A stretch of 64,000 nt of DNA, from the NCBI GenBank assembly GCA_964615415.1, contig CAZTNI010000002.1, forward strand, positions 104,687 through 168,686. The letters are read 5' to 3'. The notes under the pieces were generated by a model. The model was not told where the DNA came from. It saw nothing but the letters and a program-made list of their open reading frames with translations, and did not search any database. Made by a program: the position numbers and the translations under genes. This stretch comes from an uncultured Candidatus Saccharibacteria bacterium. Its GTDB lineage: Bacteria; Patescibacteriota; Minisyncoccia; Phycocordibacterales; SBAW01. This document shows, piece by piece, positions 28,141 to 39,152 of this stretch (its first letter is position 1; every line of letters starts with the position of its first letter).

Positions 28141-28154
28141 TATACTATATAGAT

Positions 28155-28607
28155 ATGAAGCTCACACCATATCTGCTTATCGCGGGCGCCTTAATTGGTA
28201 TTGGCGATACAGCGTTTTTGTCGTACTACCAGTATTTAAATCTTATTCCGTCGTGTGCGGTCGGAGGCTGCGAGGTGGTATTGTCGCACGCGCTGTCTAA
28301 ATTCTTTGGTGTGCCGTGGGGATACATCGGCTTGGTGTACTATGCCTTTGCACTTTTCCTCGCATTCTTTTTGTCGTTCGACCAATACTCAAAAGGGTTG
28401 CGCGCAGCAGTATTGCTCTATACTGCAATCGGCGTCGTGTGTTCAGCGATCTTTATCTTCTATATCCAGATGGCGATCATCGGTGCGATCTGTCTGTACT
28501 GTGCAATTTCCGCAGGCACGACTGCATTCCTCTTTATAGTAGCGCTCTGGCACTACCTTACGACAAAGCCGAGACACCTCGACATTCGTCAGGATCTTAC
28601 ACGGTAG
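28155..28607 (+). CDS. Vitamin K epoxide reductase (VKOR) family protein
   Basis: C...GCEVVL.S...FFGVP, ICLYC redox motif. Confidence 0.88.
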   Translation: MKLTPYLLIAGALIGIGDTAFLSYYQYLNLIPSCAVGGCEVVLSHALSKFFGVPWGYIGLVYYAFALFLAFFLSFDQYSKGLRAAVLLYTAIGVVCSAIFIFYIQMAIIGAICLYCAISAGTTAFLFIVALWHYLTTKPRHLDIRQDLTR

Positions 28608-28608
28608 A

Positions 28609-29388
28609 TTAAAACTCTGGGTAGGCGGGGCGACGCATTCTTTTATAGAGACGCCACAGACCGTAGAGGAACAGTACTGCAAAGAGCGGGTAGAAAATAG
28701 CCGCGTTTGAAATCAAGTATTTCAGAATATTGAAGAGGTGGAGGAGAAGGGTCGCAGCGATGGTCCAAATCGTGCCCACAATACCCCCGTCTTCTTTTGT
28801 GTCTTGTGCGCCAGCGATACTACCCGACGAGGTTGCTTTCTTTTTTGTCGCTTGTTCTTCAGCCCACGCAATGCCTTTATCGATTGCACTGACTGCAGAA
28901 TTGCGCACTGAGTCGATTCCGGAAAATACAGGAGTCGCTGCTTGTGCAACGCCGGGCGAAAGGTTTGCGAGTTGTGCCTGAATATCCTCAGACGACTCTA
29001 CGATTGTCGGCTCGTTTGAGTCTGGTTTTGGCTTTTCCTGAATACGAAATGTTGCAGACTGCTTTTCGGCTACCTCTCCGTCGGTTGCAGTAAGAGTAGC
29101 TTCAATGGTGTGCGAACCAGCAACCGGCTTCCACGACACAGACACGGCTTGTGCTTCTTGGGCGGCAAGAGTAACCGGCACCGTACCGATTTTCACATCG
29201 CCTTCTTTCAGAATAAGAGTGCCGGTAAACGCCTCTATGTTTTCGTTCGACACCACGGCGTGGATAAGCACGGTTTCTCCTTCTGTCACTGCGTTGCGAG
29301 AAAGAAAGAGCGACTGTTTGCTAAACCCGGCAGCAAAGGTAAGGGTAGGGAGCGCAAAAAAGACGAGCGCAATGAACAGCTGTTTCAT
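28609..29388 (-). CDS. Secreted/membrane protein with CARDB-like Ig domain
   Basis: Signal peptide MKQLF...TFAA; V.VSWKP.AGSHTI.A; C-terminal TM. Confidence 0.65.
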   Translation of the reverse strand: MKQLFIALVFFALPTLTFAAGFSKQSLFLSRNAVTEGETVLIHAVVSNENIEAFTGTLILKEGDVKIGTVPVTLAAQEAQAVSVSWKPVAGSHTIEATLTATDGEVAEKQSATFRIQEKPKPDSNEPTIVESSEDIQAQLANLSPGVAQAATPVFSGIDSVRNSAVSAIDKGIAWAEEQATKKKATSSGSIAGAQDTKEDGGIVGTIWTIAATLLLHLFNILKYLISNAAIFYPLFAVLFLYGLWRLYKRMRRPAYPEF

Positions 29389-29430
29389 ATACACCCAGTA
29401 TACCCCACGCACGCGTGCTACAATTTTTGC

Positions 29431-30495
29431 ATGCGCAAGGTTTTGCACAAGCTGCGACAGTACTTTTTTCCGTCGCATCATAATGCGTACCGGCCTCATA
29501 TTCTAAAAAAACAGTGGCTCCTCTTTTTTCTTACGATGGTACTTACTGCGGAAGCAGTCTTTGTAGGAGGCGCGCTACTAAAACAAACGGGGATACAGTT
29601 TCTTGCTGCGGTACTGCCGGGAGAGATTATTGCGTTCACTAATACCGAACGCTCAGGAGTGGCCGTGGGTACGGTAGTTGAATCTTCGCTGCTTTCAAAA
29701 GCTGCGCAAGCTAAAGCGGAAGACATGGCAGCAAAAGGATATTTTTCGCATGTTGGGCCGGATGGCAAAGAGCCGTGGGTATGGATAGAAGAAGCAGGAT
29801 ACAGCTACACGTATGCAGGAGAAAACCTGGCAGTCCGATTTTTAGACTCTCATCAAGTAGTTGATGCGTGGATGGCGTCCCCAAGCCACCGCGCAAACAT
29901 TGTAAAAGGGCAGTACACCGAAATCGGCGTAGGTGTTGCAGAAGGTATGTATGAAGGCCAACCTGCAACGTATGTGGTGCAGTACTTTGGCACGCCGCGT
30001 GTTGCAGCAGTTGCACAAGCCGCTGAACCAGTCTCCACTCCTGCGTCGGTTGTTGATGAAGAAGAGACCGTTTCTGCACCAGTAATTCCAGAACCTGAAG
30101 TGCAAGGTGTCGCAACGCCAGTTGTTACAGAAATTGTGCCAGACGTCGAGCTGCCGGCTGCCGTTGAGTCGCAAGGAGGAGTGGAAGCATATCTGCGCGC
30201 TGTCTTTGAAGGAATTATGCGTGCAGATACATCCGCGCTATGGCTTATCGGCGGCATAGCGGCGCTGCTGGTGGTCGCACTTCTGCTAGCATTCTTTATA
30301 CATCTCCAAGTGCAACCGACCGATATGTTAATGAGCGGAGCAACTGTTGCAGCAATTGCGATAACACTGCTTGCGATTAATGCGTACTATGTGCGACCTG
30401 GGGGAGTTGATACGCCGCTCGGTGCTTCTGTTGCGACGGCGCTCCCAGAAGGCGTGGTGGGCGACAGTGCTGCATTTGCGGAGGCATCCTTTTAA
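29431..30495 (+). CDS. CAP (SCP) domain membrane protein
   Basis: TN.ER, AAQAKAEDM...GYFSH, AGENLA, AWMASPSHRANI, EIGVG, VVQYFG. Confidence 0.9.
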   Translation: MRKVLHKLRQYFFPSHHNAYRPHILKKQWLLFFLTMVLTAEAVFVGGALLKQTGIQFLAAVLPGEIIAFTNTERSGVAVGTVVESSLLSKAAQAKAEDMAAKGYFSHVGPDGKEPWVWIEEAGYSYTYAGENLAVRFLDSHQVVDAWMASPSHRANIVKGQYTEIGVGVAEGMYEGQPATYVVQYFGTPRVAAVAQAAEPVSTPASVVDEEETVSAPVIPEPEVQGVATPVVTEIVPDVELPAAVESQGGVEAYLRAVFEGIMRADTSALWLIGGIAALLVVALLLAFFIHLQVQPTDMLMSGATVAAIAITLLAINAYYVRPGGVDTPLGASVATALPEGVVGDSAAFAEASF

Positions 30496-30525
30496 ACACT
30501 CACAAGAGTGGTACACTACAACTAT

Positions 30526-31017
30526 ATGTCAAAACGATTTACACAAGGTGTCGCGGTAGCAGCGTCTCTCGTTGTTGTCGCGCTTTTCTTTATTTTTGGT
30601 AGTCCGTTTGCTGCATCACTGTCACTCTTTCAAGGAGCTGGTGCGGCCAGTGGTCAAGCACAGCTTGTCGTGCAAGACGAAGTTATCGGCACTGGCACAA
30701 CCGCTATGCCCGGAGACATTGTGACTGTTAACTACACTGGTCGTCTGGAAAACGGTACTGTGTTCGACACGTCCGTTGGTCGCGGACCATTCCAGTTTAT
30801 CCTCGGCGCAGGACAAGTGATCCAAGGATGGGACCAGGGTCTTGCGGGCATGAAAGTGGGTGGTAAACGCATCCTTATTGTGCCGCCACAGCTTGGCTAT
30901 GGTAGCGATGCATACGGACCCATCCCGTCTAACTCAACTCTTATATTTGAAGTCACGTTGGTAAACGTTTCGCCTGCATCAAACAACCTCCTTCCGCAAA
31001 ACCCTTCCGCACAGTAG
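30526..31017 (+). CDS. FKBP-type peptidyl-prolyl isomerase
   Basis: VNYTGRL.NGTVFDTS, GQVIQGWDQGL.GMKVGGKR...PP.LGYG, IP.NSTLIFEV. Confidence 0.93.
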   Translation: MSKRFTQGVAVAASLVVVALFFIFGSPFAASLSLFQGAGAASGQAQLVVQDEVIGTGTTAMPGDIVTVNYTGRLENGTVFDTSVGRGPFQFILGAGQVIQGWDQGLAGMKVGGKRILIVPPQLGYGSDAYGPIPSNSTLIFEVTLVNVSPASNNLLPQNPSAQ

Positions 31018-31029
31018 TATAGGGCTTCA

Positions 31030-32259
31030 ATGCGTCCGATTTCGTTTGATATCAAGCACGAACTGCCCGGCTCCCTTGCGCGAGCCGGCGTTTTGCATAC
31101 CCCACACGGCGATATTGAAACTCCGGCGTTTATTGCTGTCGGCACTAAAGCGAACGTAAAAGCGGTACCATCCGCAGTGTTTGAAAAGCTCGGCATCCAG
31201 GGAATTATTGCAAACACGTACCACCTCTACCTTTCCCCGGGAGAGAACTTGATACAAAAAGCAGGAGGTATTCATACGTTCATGGGATGGCAGGGGCCGA
31301 TTATGACTGACTCCGGTGGCTTCCAAGTATTTTCCCTCGGCGAAGGGTTTGGCAAAAAACTTTCAAAGTTTTTGCCGGAAGAAGCTGCTCGTGAAGAAGG
31401 CGTAGCAGTCTATGATGAAGAATTGGCGACGAGTCACGGAAAACTTGCGGTGATAGACGAAGATGGGGTGTCCTTTACGTCACACCTCGACGGCACGCTT
31501 CACCGCTTTACTCCAGAACGCTCGATAGAAATCCAGCATAAAATCGGTGCAGACATTATTTACGCATTCGATGAATGCACTGCACCAAATGCAGAATATG
31601 ACTATCAGAAGGAGGCGATGGATCGCACGCATCGCTGGGCAGAGCGCAGTTTAAAGGCGCATCGGCAAAATATTGATGCAAATAATAAGCAGGGTATCTA
31701 CGGCATCGTCCAAGGCGGGCGCTTTGCCGACCTGCGCATAGAAAGCGCGAAGGAAATTGCGGGGATGGACTTCGACGGTTTTGGCATCGGCGGTTCATTC
31801 AGTAAACACGATATCTTGGGTATTTTAGATAAAGTAAATCGCGAGTTGCCGAAGGAAAAACCACGCCACCTCCTTGGTATTGGCGAGCCGGAAGATATTT
31901 TTATTGGAGTTGAGGCCGGCATCGATACGTTCGACTGTGTGCTCCCGACACGCAACGGCCGTACGGGCGGGATGTACACCAAAGACGGCAAGAAACAGCT
32001 TCCTAATGCTGAGTTCCGCGAAGACTTCACACCGCTCGACGAAGGTTGCGAGTGTGGTGTATGTAAAAAATACACGCGCGCATACGTACATTCGCTCTTC
32101 CGCAGCAAAGAAATGTTAGGGCAAATCCTCCTTTCGCAGCACAACATCTTCTTCCTTACTAATTTAACGAAAAAAATCCGGGAATCGCTTCTTAATGGCA
32201 CCTTCGAGGAGTTTCGTGATACATTTTTAGGACGATATCAGGCTGCAAAAGCAGCATAA
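31030..32259 (+). CDS. tgt: tRNA-guanine transglycosylase
   Basis: TPHG.IETP.F, NTYHL, TDSGGFQVFSL, GIVQGG, KPRHLLGIG, FDCVLPTR, CECGVC Zn site. Confidence 0.95.
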   Translation: MRPISFDIKHELPGSLARAGVLHTPHGDIETPAFIAVGTKANVKAVPSAVFEKLGIQGIIANTYHLYLSPGENLIQKAGGIHTFMGWQGPIMTDSGGFQVFSLGEGFGKKLSKFLPEEAAREEGVAVYDEELATSHGKLAVIDEDGVSFTSHLDGTLHRFTPERSIEIQHKIGADIIYAFDECTAPNAEYDYQKEAMDRTHRWAERSLKAHRQNIDANNKQGIYGIVQGGRFADLRIESAKEIAGMDFDGFGIGGSFSKHDILGILDKVNRELPKEKPRHLLGIGEPEDIFIGVEAGIDTFDCVLPTRNGRTGGMYTKDGKKQLPNAEFREDFTPLDEGCECGVCKKYTRAYVHSLFRSKEMLGQILLSQHNIFFLTNLTKKIRESLLNGTFEEFRDTFLGRYQAAKAA

Positions 32260-32355
32260 AGGGAGGCGAGTGGGACGATAAAAATGGGTTAGACTTGGCC
32301 TAACGGCCCGGAGTGCACATTTTTATCGTCCTACTCGCCGGACAACACCACTAGT

Positions 32356-34401
32356 ATGACTTTTAAAATCAAATCTAACTACAAACCAGCCGGTGACCAG
32401 CCAAAAGCGATTAAGGCGCTTGTGGAGGGATTGAAGCGTGGAGAAAATCATCAGACACTCCTTGGTGTCACCGGCTCGGGTAAAACATTTACTGCGGCAA
32501 ATGTTATTGAAGCCTACGGCAAGCCGACCCTTGTTATTGCACACAACAAAACACTCGCAGCACAGCTGGCGCAAGAGTATCGCGACTTCTTTCCGGATGC
32601 TGCAGTACACTACTTCGTGTCGTACTACGACTACTATCAACCAGAGGCCTACGTGCCGCATAGCGATACGTATATAGAAAAAGAGGCGCAGATTAACGAA
32701 GAGATCGAACGTCTTCGTCACGCGTCAACCCAAGCGCTTCTTTCGCGTAAAGACGTTATTATCGTGGCGTCGGTGTCATGTATTTACGGCCTCGGCTCAC
32801 CAGCAGAATATAAGAAGGCGCTCATAGAAATCGCCCCTGGGTTAAAGAAGAATCGCGCCGACTTTATCCGCGACCTTATCCATATTTACTTCGAGCGCAC
32901 GAACGCCGACATTACTCCGGGCACTTTCCGAGCGCTCGGTAACTCGGTTGAAATTATGCCGACCAACGAACGTGTGCTCTACCGCGTCGAGTTTGGTACC
33001 GACACAATAGAAAAAGTTCGCGTTATCGACCCAGTGACACGCGCCGAGCGCGAGGAAGCACACTCGGTATTTCTCTTCCCAACAAAGCATTATGTGACTC
33101 CGGAAGACGAACGCGACCGCGCTGTTGCAGACATTAAGCACGAGCTCGAGATGCAGCTTACAAAGTTGAATGCGCAAGGAAAAATGCTCGAGGCAGAACG
33201 CCTGAAGCGCCGCACCAACCACGACCTCGCTCTTATTAAAGAAATCGGCTACTGCAACGGTATTGAAAACTACTCCCGCCACTTCGACGGACGTAAGGCA
33301 GGGGAACCGTCTTACACCTTGCTCGACTACTTTCCGCACAATAAAGACGGCTCTGCAGACTTTCTTACCATTATCGACGAGTCGCACGTAACGGTGCCGC
33401 AAATTGGCGGTATGTACGCGGGCGACCAGGCACGCAAGACGACGCTCGTCGACTTCGGCTTCCGCTTGCCGTCTGCGCTCGACAATCGCCCGCTTCAGTT
33501 TGAAGAGTTTGAAGCGCGTATCGGGCAAACAATATATACGTCTGCGACTCCGGGGCCTTACGAAAAAGAAAAGTCAGGGAAAAGTGTTGTGGAGCAGATT
33601 ATTCGCCCGACTGGTCTTGTCGACCCGGAAATTATCGTGCGTCCAGTTACAGGGAATCGCGACGAAGACAAACGCGGCCAGGTGGAAGATTTCCTCGACG
33701 AAGTAGATAAGGTGGTGGAGCATGGCGGCCGCGTCATGGTCACAACGCTTACTAAAAAAATGGCCGAGGACTTGGCAGAGTTTCTTAAAGATAGAAAAAT
33801 TAAAGCAGCATACCTCCACTCTGATGTAGAAACACTCGATCGTATTACCACTCTTACTGAGCTGCGTAAGGGTACGTATGACGTATTGGTGGGCGTTAAC
33901 CTTTTGCGCGAGGGTCTCGATCTTCCTGAAGTAGAACTTGTGGCAATCTTGGATGCGGACAAATCGGGCTTCCTTCGCTCAGAAACGTCACTCATTCAAA
34001 CTATCGGCCGCGCGGCACGTAACGTGTTTGGTCGTGTGATCCTCTATGCCGACGAAATGACGCCGCAGCTCGACTTCGCAATTAAAGAAACTGAGCGCCG
34101 CCGCACCATCCAGATGGCGTATAACAAAGAACACAATATTACGCCGCAGACCGTAAAGAAAAATATTAAAGATATTACCGAGGGGCTCCGCACCGAGCAC
34201 GACAAAGCTGTGGGGGAGATGATTACTATCGAGCAAAAGCTCTACAAGGAAAATCCGCGCAAATTTATTGCAGAAAAGCGCGAGCAAATGGCACAAGCCG
34301 TAAAAGACCTAGACTTCGAAACAGCAGCGCTTATTCGTGATGAACTAGCTGCCTTAACAGGAGAAAAGCTAACTACTAAGCCAAAAAAGCCTAAAAATTA
34401 A
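32356..34401 (+). CDS. uvrB: Excinuclease ABC subunit B
   Basis: GDQPKAI, LGVTGSGKT, FVSYYDYYQPEAY, DESH, GFRLPSA, NLLREGLDLPEV, QTIGRAARN, LDFE.AA.IRD. Confidence 0.97.
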   Translation: MTFKIKSNYKPAGDQPKAIKALVEGLKRGENHQTLLGVTGSGKTFTAANVIEAYGKPTLVIAHNKTLAAQLAQEYRDFFPDAAVHYFVSYYDYYQPEAYVPHSDTYIEKEAQINEEIERLRHASTQALLSRKDVIIVASVSCIYGLGSPAEYKKALIEIAPGLKKNRADFIRDLIHIYFERTNADITPGTFRALGNSVEIMPTNERVLYRVEFGTDTIEKVRVIDPVTRAEREEAHSVFLFPTKHYVTPEDERDRAVADIKHELEMQLTKLNAQGKMLEAERLKRRTNHDLALIKEIGYCNGIENYSRHFDGRKAGEPSYTLLDYFPHNKDGSADFLTIIDESHVTVPQIGGMYAGDQARKTTLVDFGFRLPSALDNRPLQFEEFEARIGQTIYTSATPGPYEKEKSGKSVVEQIIRPTGLVDPEIIVRPVTGNRDEDKRGQVEDFLDEVDKVVEHGGRVMVTTLTKKMAEDLAEFLKDRKIKAAYLHSDVETLDRITTLTELRKGTYDVLVGVNLLREGLDLPEVELVAILDADKSGFLRSETSLIQTIGRAARNVFGRVILYADEMTPQLDFAIKETERRRTIQMAYNKEHNITPQTVKKNIKDITEGLRTEHDKAVGEMITIEQKLYKENPRKFIAEKREQMAQAVKDLDFETAALIRDELAALTGEKLTTKPKKPKN

Positions 34402-34407
34402 GAATAC

Positions 34408-34436
34408 TTGACATTTATTGTAAGTGGGTGTATTAT
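34408..34436 (+). promoter_or_regulatory. Near-consensus sigma70 promoter in uvrB-uvrA intergenic region
   Basis: TTGACA-N17-TATTAT. Confidence 0.7.
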
Positions 34437-34442
34437 AGTAAA

Positions 34443-34738
34443 TGGAGGCTCTTCTATAGAGGTTTATTCTTACCTTGTCGGTGGAAAGCGGTGCTGTGGG
34501 GGCTTGCTCCTTATGCCCGTTTGATCCAATACCGTCAACGGCGAAGAAATACTCGTGAACAAGGTGTGAGGCCCAGCCTCTATCCTATTTCACCCTCTAG
34601 GGTTTGTCGGGTCCATAAAGTTTTGCCCGCTCTATCCAAACCCTGTTCCTCCCGTCAAAGATTCGGGAGTCGTCGTTAACTAACTAACATGAATAGGCCC
34701 GCTGTCTCTCTATTGGGATGGCGGGCCACTTATTTTTT
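34443..34738 (+). ncRNA. Candidate structured ncRNA (unknown family)
   Basis: Own promoter and terminator; several complementary helices; no convincing ORF or SD. Confidence 0.45.
34696..34738 (+). terminator. Intrinsic terminator
   Basis: GGCCCGCTGTCT...GGATGGCGGGCC followed by ACTTATTTTTT. Confidence 0.65.
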
Positions 34739-34874
34739 ACAGATGAGCTACTTGTGTATCCTGTGTATAAGTCAGTGGATTTGTGTACAAGTAGGGTACT
34801 ATTAGTGTGTGACTAAGCGTGGTATACTGCTCTATACCCACCCCTCGGAGCATCCGTGGGGCCATTAACGTTAT

Positions 34875-37457
34875 ATGGCTGAAGAATTTATACATATCAA
34901 AGGCGCCAAGACGCACAATCTTAAGAATATCGACCTTAAGATTCCGCGTAACAAGATGGTGATTTTTACAGGACTCTCCGGTAGCGGAAAGTCATCTTTG
35001 GCGTTCGACACTATTTTTGCAGAAGGGCAGCGCCGTTACGTTGAGTCGCTTTCCGCATACGCGCGACAATTCTTGCGCCAGATGCAAAAACCGGATGTAG
35101 AGGAAATTACAGGTCTTTCCCCAGCAATTTCTATCGACCAAAAGTCTCGCTCTAACAATCCGCGCTCAACCGTTGCAACAATTACTGAAATTTACGACTA
35201 CCTGCGTATTCTCTTTGCTCGCGTAGGGCACCCGCACTGTCCTGTGTGTGGTCGCGAGATCAAAAAACACTCAAACGAGGAAATTGTGCAGAGTGTTGTT
35301 GAAAGTGTTACTAAAAATGCTCCACAAAAGTCCCGCAACGTGATGGGTGTGGAAATTGCAGACGATGTCGTGCGTATTTACGCGCCGGTCGTTGTTGGTC
35401 GCAAGGGTGAATACTATCAACTGCTCTACGATCTGCTTGGTAAAGGCTTTGAGCGTGCAAAGATCGATGGCGAATTGAAGAGTTTGCGCGAGCAAGTCAT
35501 CCTTTCGAAGTATAAAAAGCACGACATAGACGCGCTTGTTGATGAAATTGTCATTACTGACTTTACTCGGCAGAAACAAGCAGCGCTCGAGCGCTTAAGT
35601 GAGGCGGTTGAGCGTGCGCTCGCAGAGTCTGAAGGCTTGGTGCGTATTGAAAGTGCGGGAGAGTCGCGCCTTATTTCTGCAAAGTTTATGTGTGCGTACG
35701 ACGGATTCTCTTTCCCGGAAGTAGAGCCGCGCCTGTTCTCATTTAACTCGCCGTACGGCGCGTGTCCTGCATGTAATGGCTTGGGTACGAAGCATTTTAT
35801 GGGCGAGGAGCCCTGCCCCGTCTGTAAGGGTGCGCGTTTGCGCCCAGAGTCACTTAATGTGTTTATTGGCGACAAGAAAAACATTGTCGATACTTCAACG
35901 TTTTCTATACAAAATGCATACGACTTCTTCGACTCGCTTGAATTAACTAAAAAAGAGCAAGAAATTTCTAAGACCATCATTAAGGAAATCATGGCGCGCC
36001 TGAAGTTTATGCTCGATGTGGGCTTGGACTACCTCACCCTCGACCGTCGTGCGAATACACTCTCCGGCGGCGAGGCGCAGCGCATTCGTCTTGCATCGCA
36101 ATTGGGGAGCGGCTTGGTGGGTGCACTCTACGTGCTCGACGAGCCGACCATCGGCCTCCATCAGCGTGACAACGAGCGCCTTATTAAAACATTGGTTAAC
36201 TTGCGCGACTTGGGCAACACTATTTTGGTTGTCGAGCACGACGAAGACACTATTTACGCAGGCGACTATCTTGTCGACATCGGCCCGGGTGCCGGCGTGC
36301 ATGGCGGCAACGTGGTCGTTGCGGACTACTTAGACAAGCTCCTTACTGCAAAGAAAAATGATAGCGGCTCGCTCACTTTGGCGTACTTGCGTGGCGAGAA
36401 GCAAATCGAGGTGCCGGAGAAACGTCGCGATGGCGAAAAAGGGCATATCAAAATTAAGGGTGGTAAGGCATTTAACATCGACAATCTTTCTGCAGAGATC
36501 CCGCTCGGCCGCTTGGTAACCATTACCGGCGTCTCTGGTTCAGGGAAGTCGACCTTCCTTTATGAAATTGTGCACCAAAACTTGCGCGCACGCTTCGATA
36601 AAAAATATCGCACGAACAAGGTCTACAACGCTGCATCATTTGATGTGACCGCACTCATTTCTCGTACGATTCTTATCGACCAGTCGCCTATCGGCCGCAC
36701 ACCACGCTCTAACCCGGCAACATATACCGGCGCCTTCCAACACATTCGCGACATGTTTGCAGAAACGACCGAGGCTCGTGCGCGCGGGTGGAAGTCATCC
36801 CGCTTTTCATTCAATGTGCCGCAGGCTCGTGGTGGCGGTCGCTGCGAAGCGTGCGAGGGTAACGGTATGATCGCAGTTGAAATGTCCTTCCTCCCGACTG
36901 TCTATGTGCTTTGCGACATTTGTAACGGCAAGCGCTTTACCAAGGAGACCTTGGAAGTGAAGTATAAAAAGAAGAGCATTTACGACGTGCTTGAAATGAC
37001 GGTTGAAGAGGGGCTCGAATTCTTTAAAGATATACCGGCAATTTACGATCGCTTAAAAACTTTGCAGGAAGTAGGGTTGGAATACTTGAAGTTAGGTCAG
37101 TCTGCGACGACACTCTCGGGCGGTGAGGCACAGCGCGTTAAAATTTCTGCCGAGCTCTACAAACCCCATCTCCAGAAAACGATTTATCTTCTTGATGAGC
37201 CTACGGTAGGTCTCCACTACGAAGACGTTTCTAAACTCATCGATATTCTGAACCGTCTTGTTGCGGCAGGGAACTCGGTTATTTTGATCGAGCACAATAT
37301 GGACGTTATAAAATGCTCGGACTACCTCCTCGACTTCGGTCCGGAAGGGGGTGTGGGTGGCGGCAAACTGATAGCAAAAGGCACACCAGAGGAAGTTGCA
37401 AACAATAAAAACTCTCACACGGGTAAGTACTTAAAACGCGTGCTCAAGGGCAAATAA
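34875..37457 (+). CDS. uvrA: Excinuclease ABC subunit A
   Basis: [28 protein letters not shown], two LSGGEAQR signatures, GVSGSGKST, Zn fingers. Confidence 0.97.
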   Translation: MAEEFIHIKGAKTHNLKNIDLKIPRNKMVIFTGLSGSGKSSLAFDTIFAEGQRRYVESLSAYARQFLRQMQKPDVEEITGLSPAISIDQKSRSNNPRSTVATITEIYDYLRILFARVGHPHCPVCGREIKKHSNEEIVQSVVESVTKNAPQKSRNVMGVEIADDVVRIYAPVVVGRKGEYYQLLYDLLGKGFERAKIDGELKSLREQVILSKYKKHDIDALVDEIVITDFTRQKQAALERLSEAVERALAESEGLVRIESAGESRLISAKFMCAYDGFSFPEVEPRLFSFNSPYGACPACNGLGTKHFMGEEPCPVCKGARLRPESLNVFIGDKKNIVDTSTFSIQNAYDFFDSLELTKKEQEISKTIIKEIMARLKFMLDVGLDYLTLDRRANTLSGGEAQRIRLASQLGSGLVGALYVLDEPTIGLHQRDNERLIKTLVNLRDLGNTILVVEHDEDTIYAGDYLVDIGPGAGVHGGNVVVADYLDKLLTAKKNDSGSLTLAYLRGEKQIEVPEKRRDGEKGHIKIKGGKAFNIDNLSAEIPLGRLVTITGVSGSGKSTFLYEIVHQNLRARFDKKYRTNKVYNAASFDVTALISRTILIDQSPIGRTPRSNPATYTGAFQHIRDMFAETTEARARGWKSSRFSFNVPQARGGGRCEACEGNGMIAVEMSFLPTVYVLCDICNGKRFTKETLEVKYKKKSIYDVLEMTVEEGLEFFKDIPAIYDRLKTLQEVGLEYLKLGQSATTLSGGEAQRVKISAELYKPHLQKTIYLLDEPTVGLHYEDVSKLIDILNRLVAAGNSVILIEHNMDVIKCSDYLLDFGPEGGVGGGKLIAKGTPEEVANNKNSHTGKYLKRVLKGK

Positions 37458-37482
37458 CACGAGTATGCTATAATGTCAAAAT

Positions 37483-38766
37483 ATGACGTTGGAGCACTAT
37501 AACGACATAAAGAAGACCATTCCGGATAACCCGGGGGTGTACTTCTTCATGGGGCCTCGCAAGGAGGTGCTCTATATAGGCAAGGCAACATCTTTGCGTG
37601 ATAGAACGCGCTCGTACTTTGCTGCGGACTTGTTGACTACTCGGGGGCCGCTTCTTGTAGAAATGCTCAGCAATGCTGTTGCTATTGAGTGGAAGGAAAC
37701 AGACTCTGTGCTTGAGGCACTTATTTTAGAGGCAAACCTCATTCGTTCACACTTACCGCGCTACAACACTGACCTGAAAGACGACAAAAGTTTTAATTAT
37801 CTTGTTATCACCAAGGAAGACTACCCGCGTGTGCTTATTGTGCGCGGAAAAAACTTAGAAGATGAATTTCCGTCGCGCAATCGCCTTTATACGTTTGGTC
37901 CGTTCCCACACGGGTTACAGTTGCGCGAGGCAATGAAGCTGGTGCGTAAAATTTTCCCCTTCCGCGATACGTGTACACCCGCAGAAGAGCTTATTGCAGC
38001 GGGGAAGAAGCCGAAGTCGTGTTTTAACCATCATATAGGCCTCTGTCCCGGTGTGTGCACCGGAGAAATCTCTAAAGAAGAATATCGTCGGATTATCCGC
38101 CACATAGCACTCCTCTTCCAAGGGAAGAAAAAAGAGCTCGTAAAAACACTCGAGAAAGAGATGAAGCGTGCGGCAGAGTGGGAAGACTTTGAAGAGGCGG
38201 CACGCTTACGCTCGCAGCTCTTTGCGCTTAACCATATTCAGGACGTGTCGCTTATTAAAGAAGAGTATCGCAAGCCACGCTTGGTGGTGGGGACGATGCG
38301 TATAGAGGCGTACGACATGGCGCATCTTCAGGGTTCCGCAAACGTTGGTGTGATGACTGTGGTGGAAGATGGTGTGGCACAAACAAATGAGTATCGTAAA
38401 TTTAGAATCCGCTCCGCAAAGCCGGGAGACGACATTGGTGCGCTGCGCGAAGTGCTGACACGCCGACTGACACACGAGGAGTGGCCGATGCCGCGTATGA
38501 TCGTCGTTGACGGTTCGACTGCACAGATGAACGCTGCGGGGGCAGTGCTTGAGGAGTACGAGATGCAGATTCCGATTGTTGGCGTCGTGAAAGACCAGAA
38601 GCATCGCCCGCGTGATATTAAAGGTGACCGCAATTTAATTGCAGGACGCGAGCGCGACATACTCCTTGCCAACGCCGAGGCGCACCGCTATGCAATCGGT
38701 TACCATCGCAAAACAAGCAGAGCACGCTTGAAAGATGTTCCAGAAGGGGAACGCACGATTAGATAA
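37483..38766 (+). CDS. uvrC: Excinuclease ABC subunit C (short form, no C-terminal HhH)
   Basis: GIY-YIG PGVY...LYIGKA..LR.R..SYF, LILEANLI, UVR domain, RIEAYD..H, VVDG. Confidence 0.88.
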   Translation: MTLEHYNDIKKTIPDNPGVYFFMGPRKEVLYIGKATSLRDRTRSYFAADLLTTRGPLLVEMLSNAVAIEWKETDSVLEALILEANLIRSHLPRYNTDLKDDKSFNYLVITKEDYPRVLIVRGKNLEDEFPSRNRLYTFGPFPHGLQLREAMKLVRKIFPFRDTCTPAEELIAAGKKPKSCFNHHIGLCPGVCTGEISKEEYRRIIRHIALLFQGKKKELVKTLEKEMKRAAEWEDFEEAARLRSQLFALNHIQDVSLIKEEYRKPRLVVGTMRIEAYDMAHLQGSANVGVMTVVEDGVAQTNEYRKFRIRSAKPGDDIGALREVLTRRLTHEEWPMPRMIVVDGSTAQMNAAGAVLEEYEMQIPIVGVVKDQKHRPRDIKGDRNLIAGRERDILLANAEAHRYAIGYHRKTSRARLKDVPEGERTIR

Positions 38767-38807
38767 ATGAAAAGCGGCGCCTGACGGCGCCGCTCGTTTT
38801 CGATTTA

Positions 38808-39062
38808 TCAGAAGGAAACTCCGAGTGATTCCTTCAGCCAGGCCTGCAAGAGGAGGACCCTACCCCGCTTGTCGCCCGATATTTCGGCTGCTTCCATGGC
38901 AGAAATCTTGCCGAAGGAAAGAACGGCCTCCATCTGGCGCCGGGTCAGGTCGGCCGACTTCGTATAGCCTCCGTCGGTGTTGATCCAGAAGGCCGTGCAG
39001 AGCTGTCCGAAAATATCCCTGTGTACGTCGGCGGACAAGGCTGCAAATTCTTCGTTTGTCAT
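38808..39062 (-). CDS. Hypothetical protein
   Basis: About 84-aa ORF with AGGAG SD, ending at hairpin 38773-38794. Confidence 0.55.
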   Translation of the reverse strand: MTNEEFAALSADVHRDIFGQLCTAFWINTDGGYTKSADLTRRQMEAVLSFGKISAMEAAEISGDKRGRVLLLQAWLKESLGVSF

Positions 39063-39152
39063 CACTTCTCCTGTCAGATATCAGGTTGTAGTCCTGTTCG
39101 AATCTATCAAAGTACAACCTTTTGCGCAATTTTCTTGTTGTACAATGTGTAT

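Noticed and set aside
34428-34679. 83-aa ORF in the uvrB-uvrA gap
   Set aside because: Its GTG start lies within the predicted promoter, it has no SD and the composition is atypical. RNA structure explains the region better.
37483-38766. uvrC pseudogene (missing HhH domain)
   Set aside because: The frame is intact with both nuclease domains and ends at a terminator, consistent with a naturally short form.
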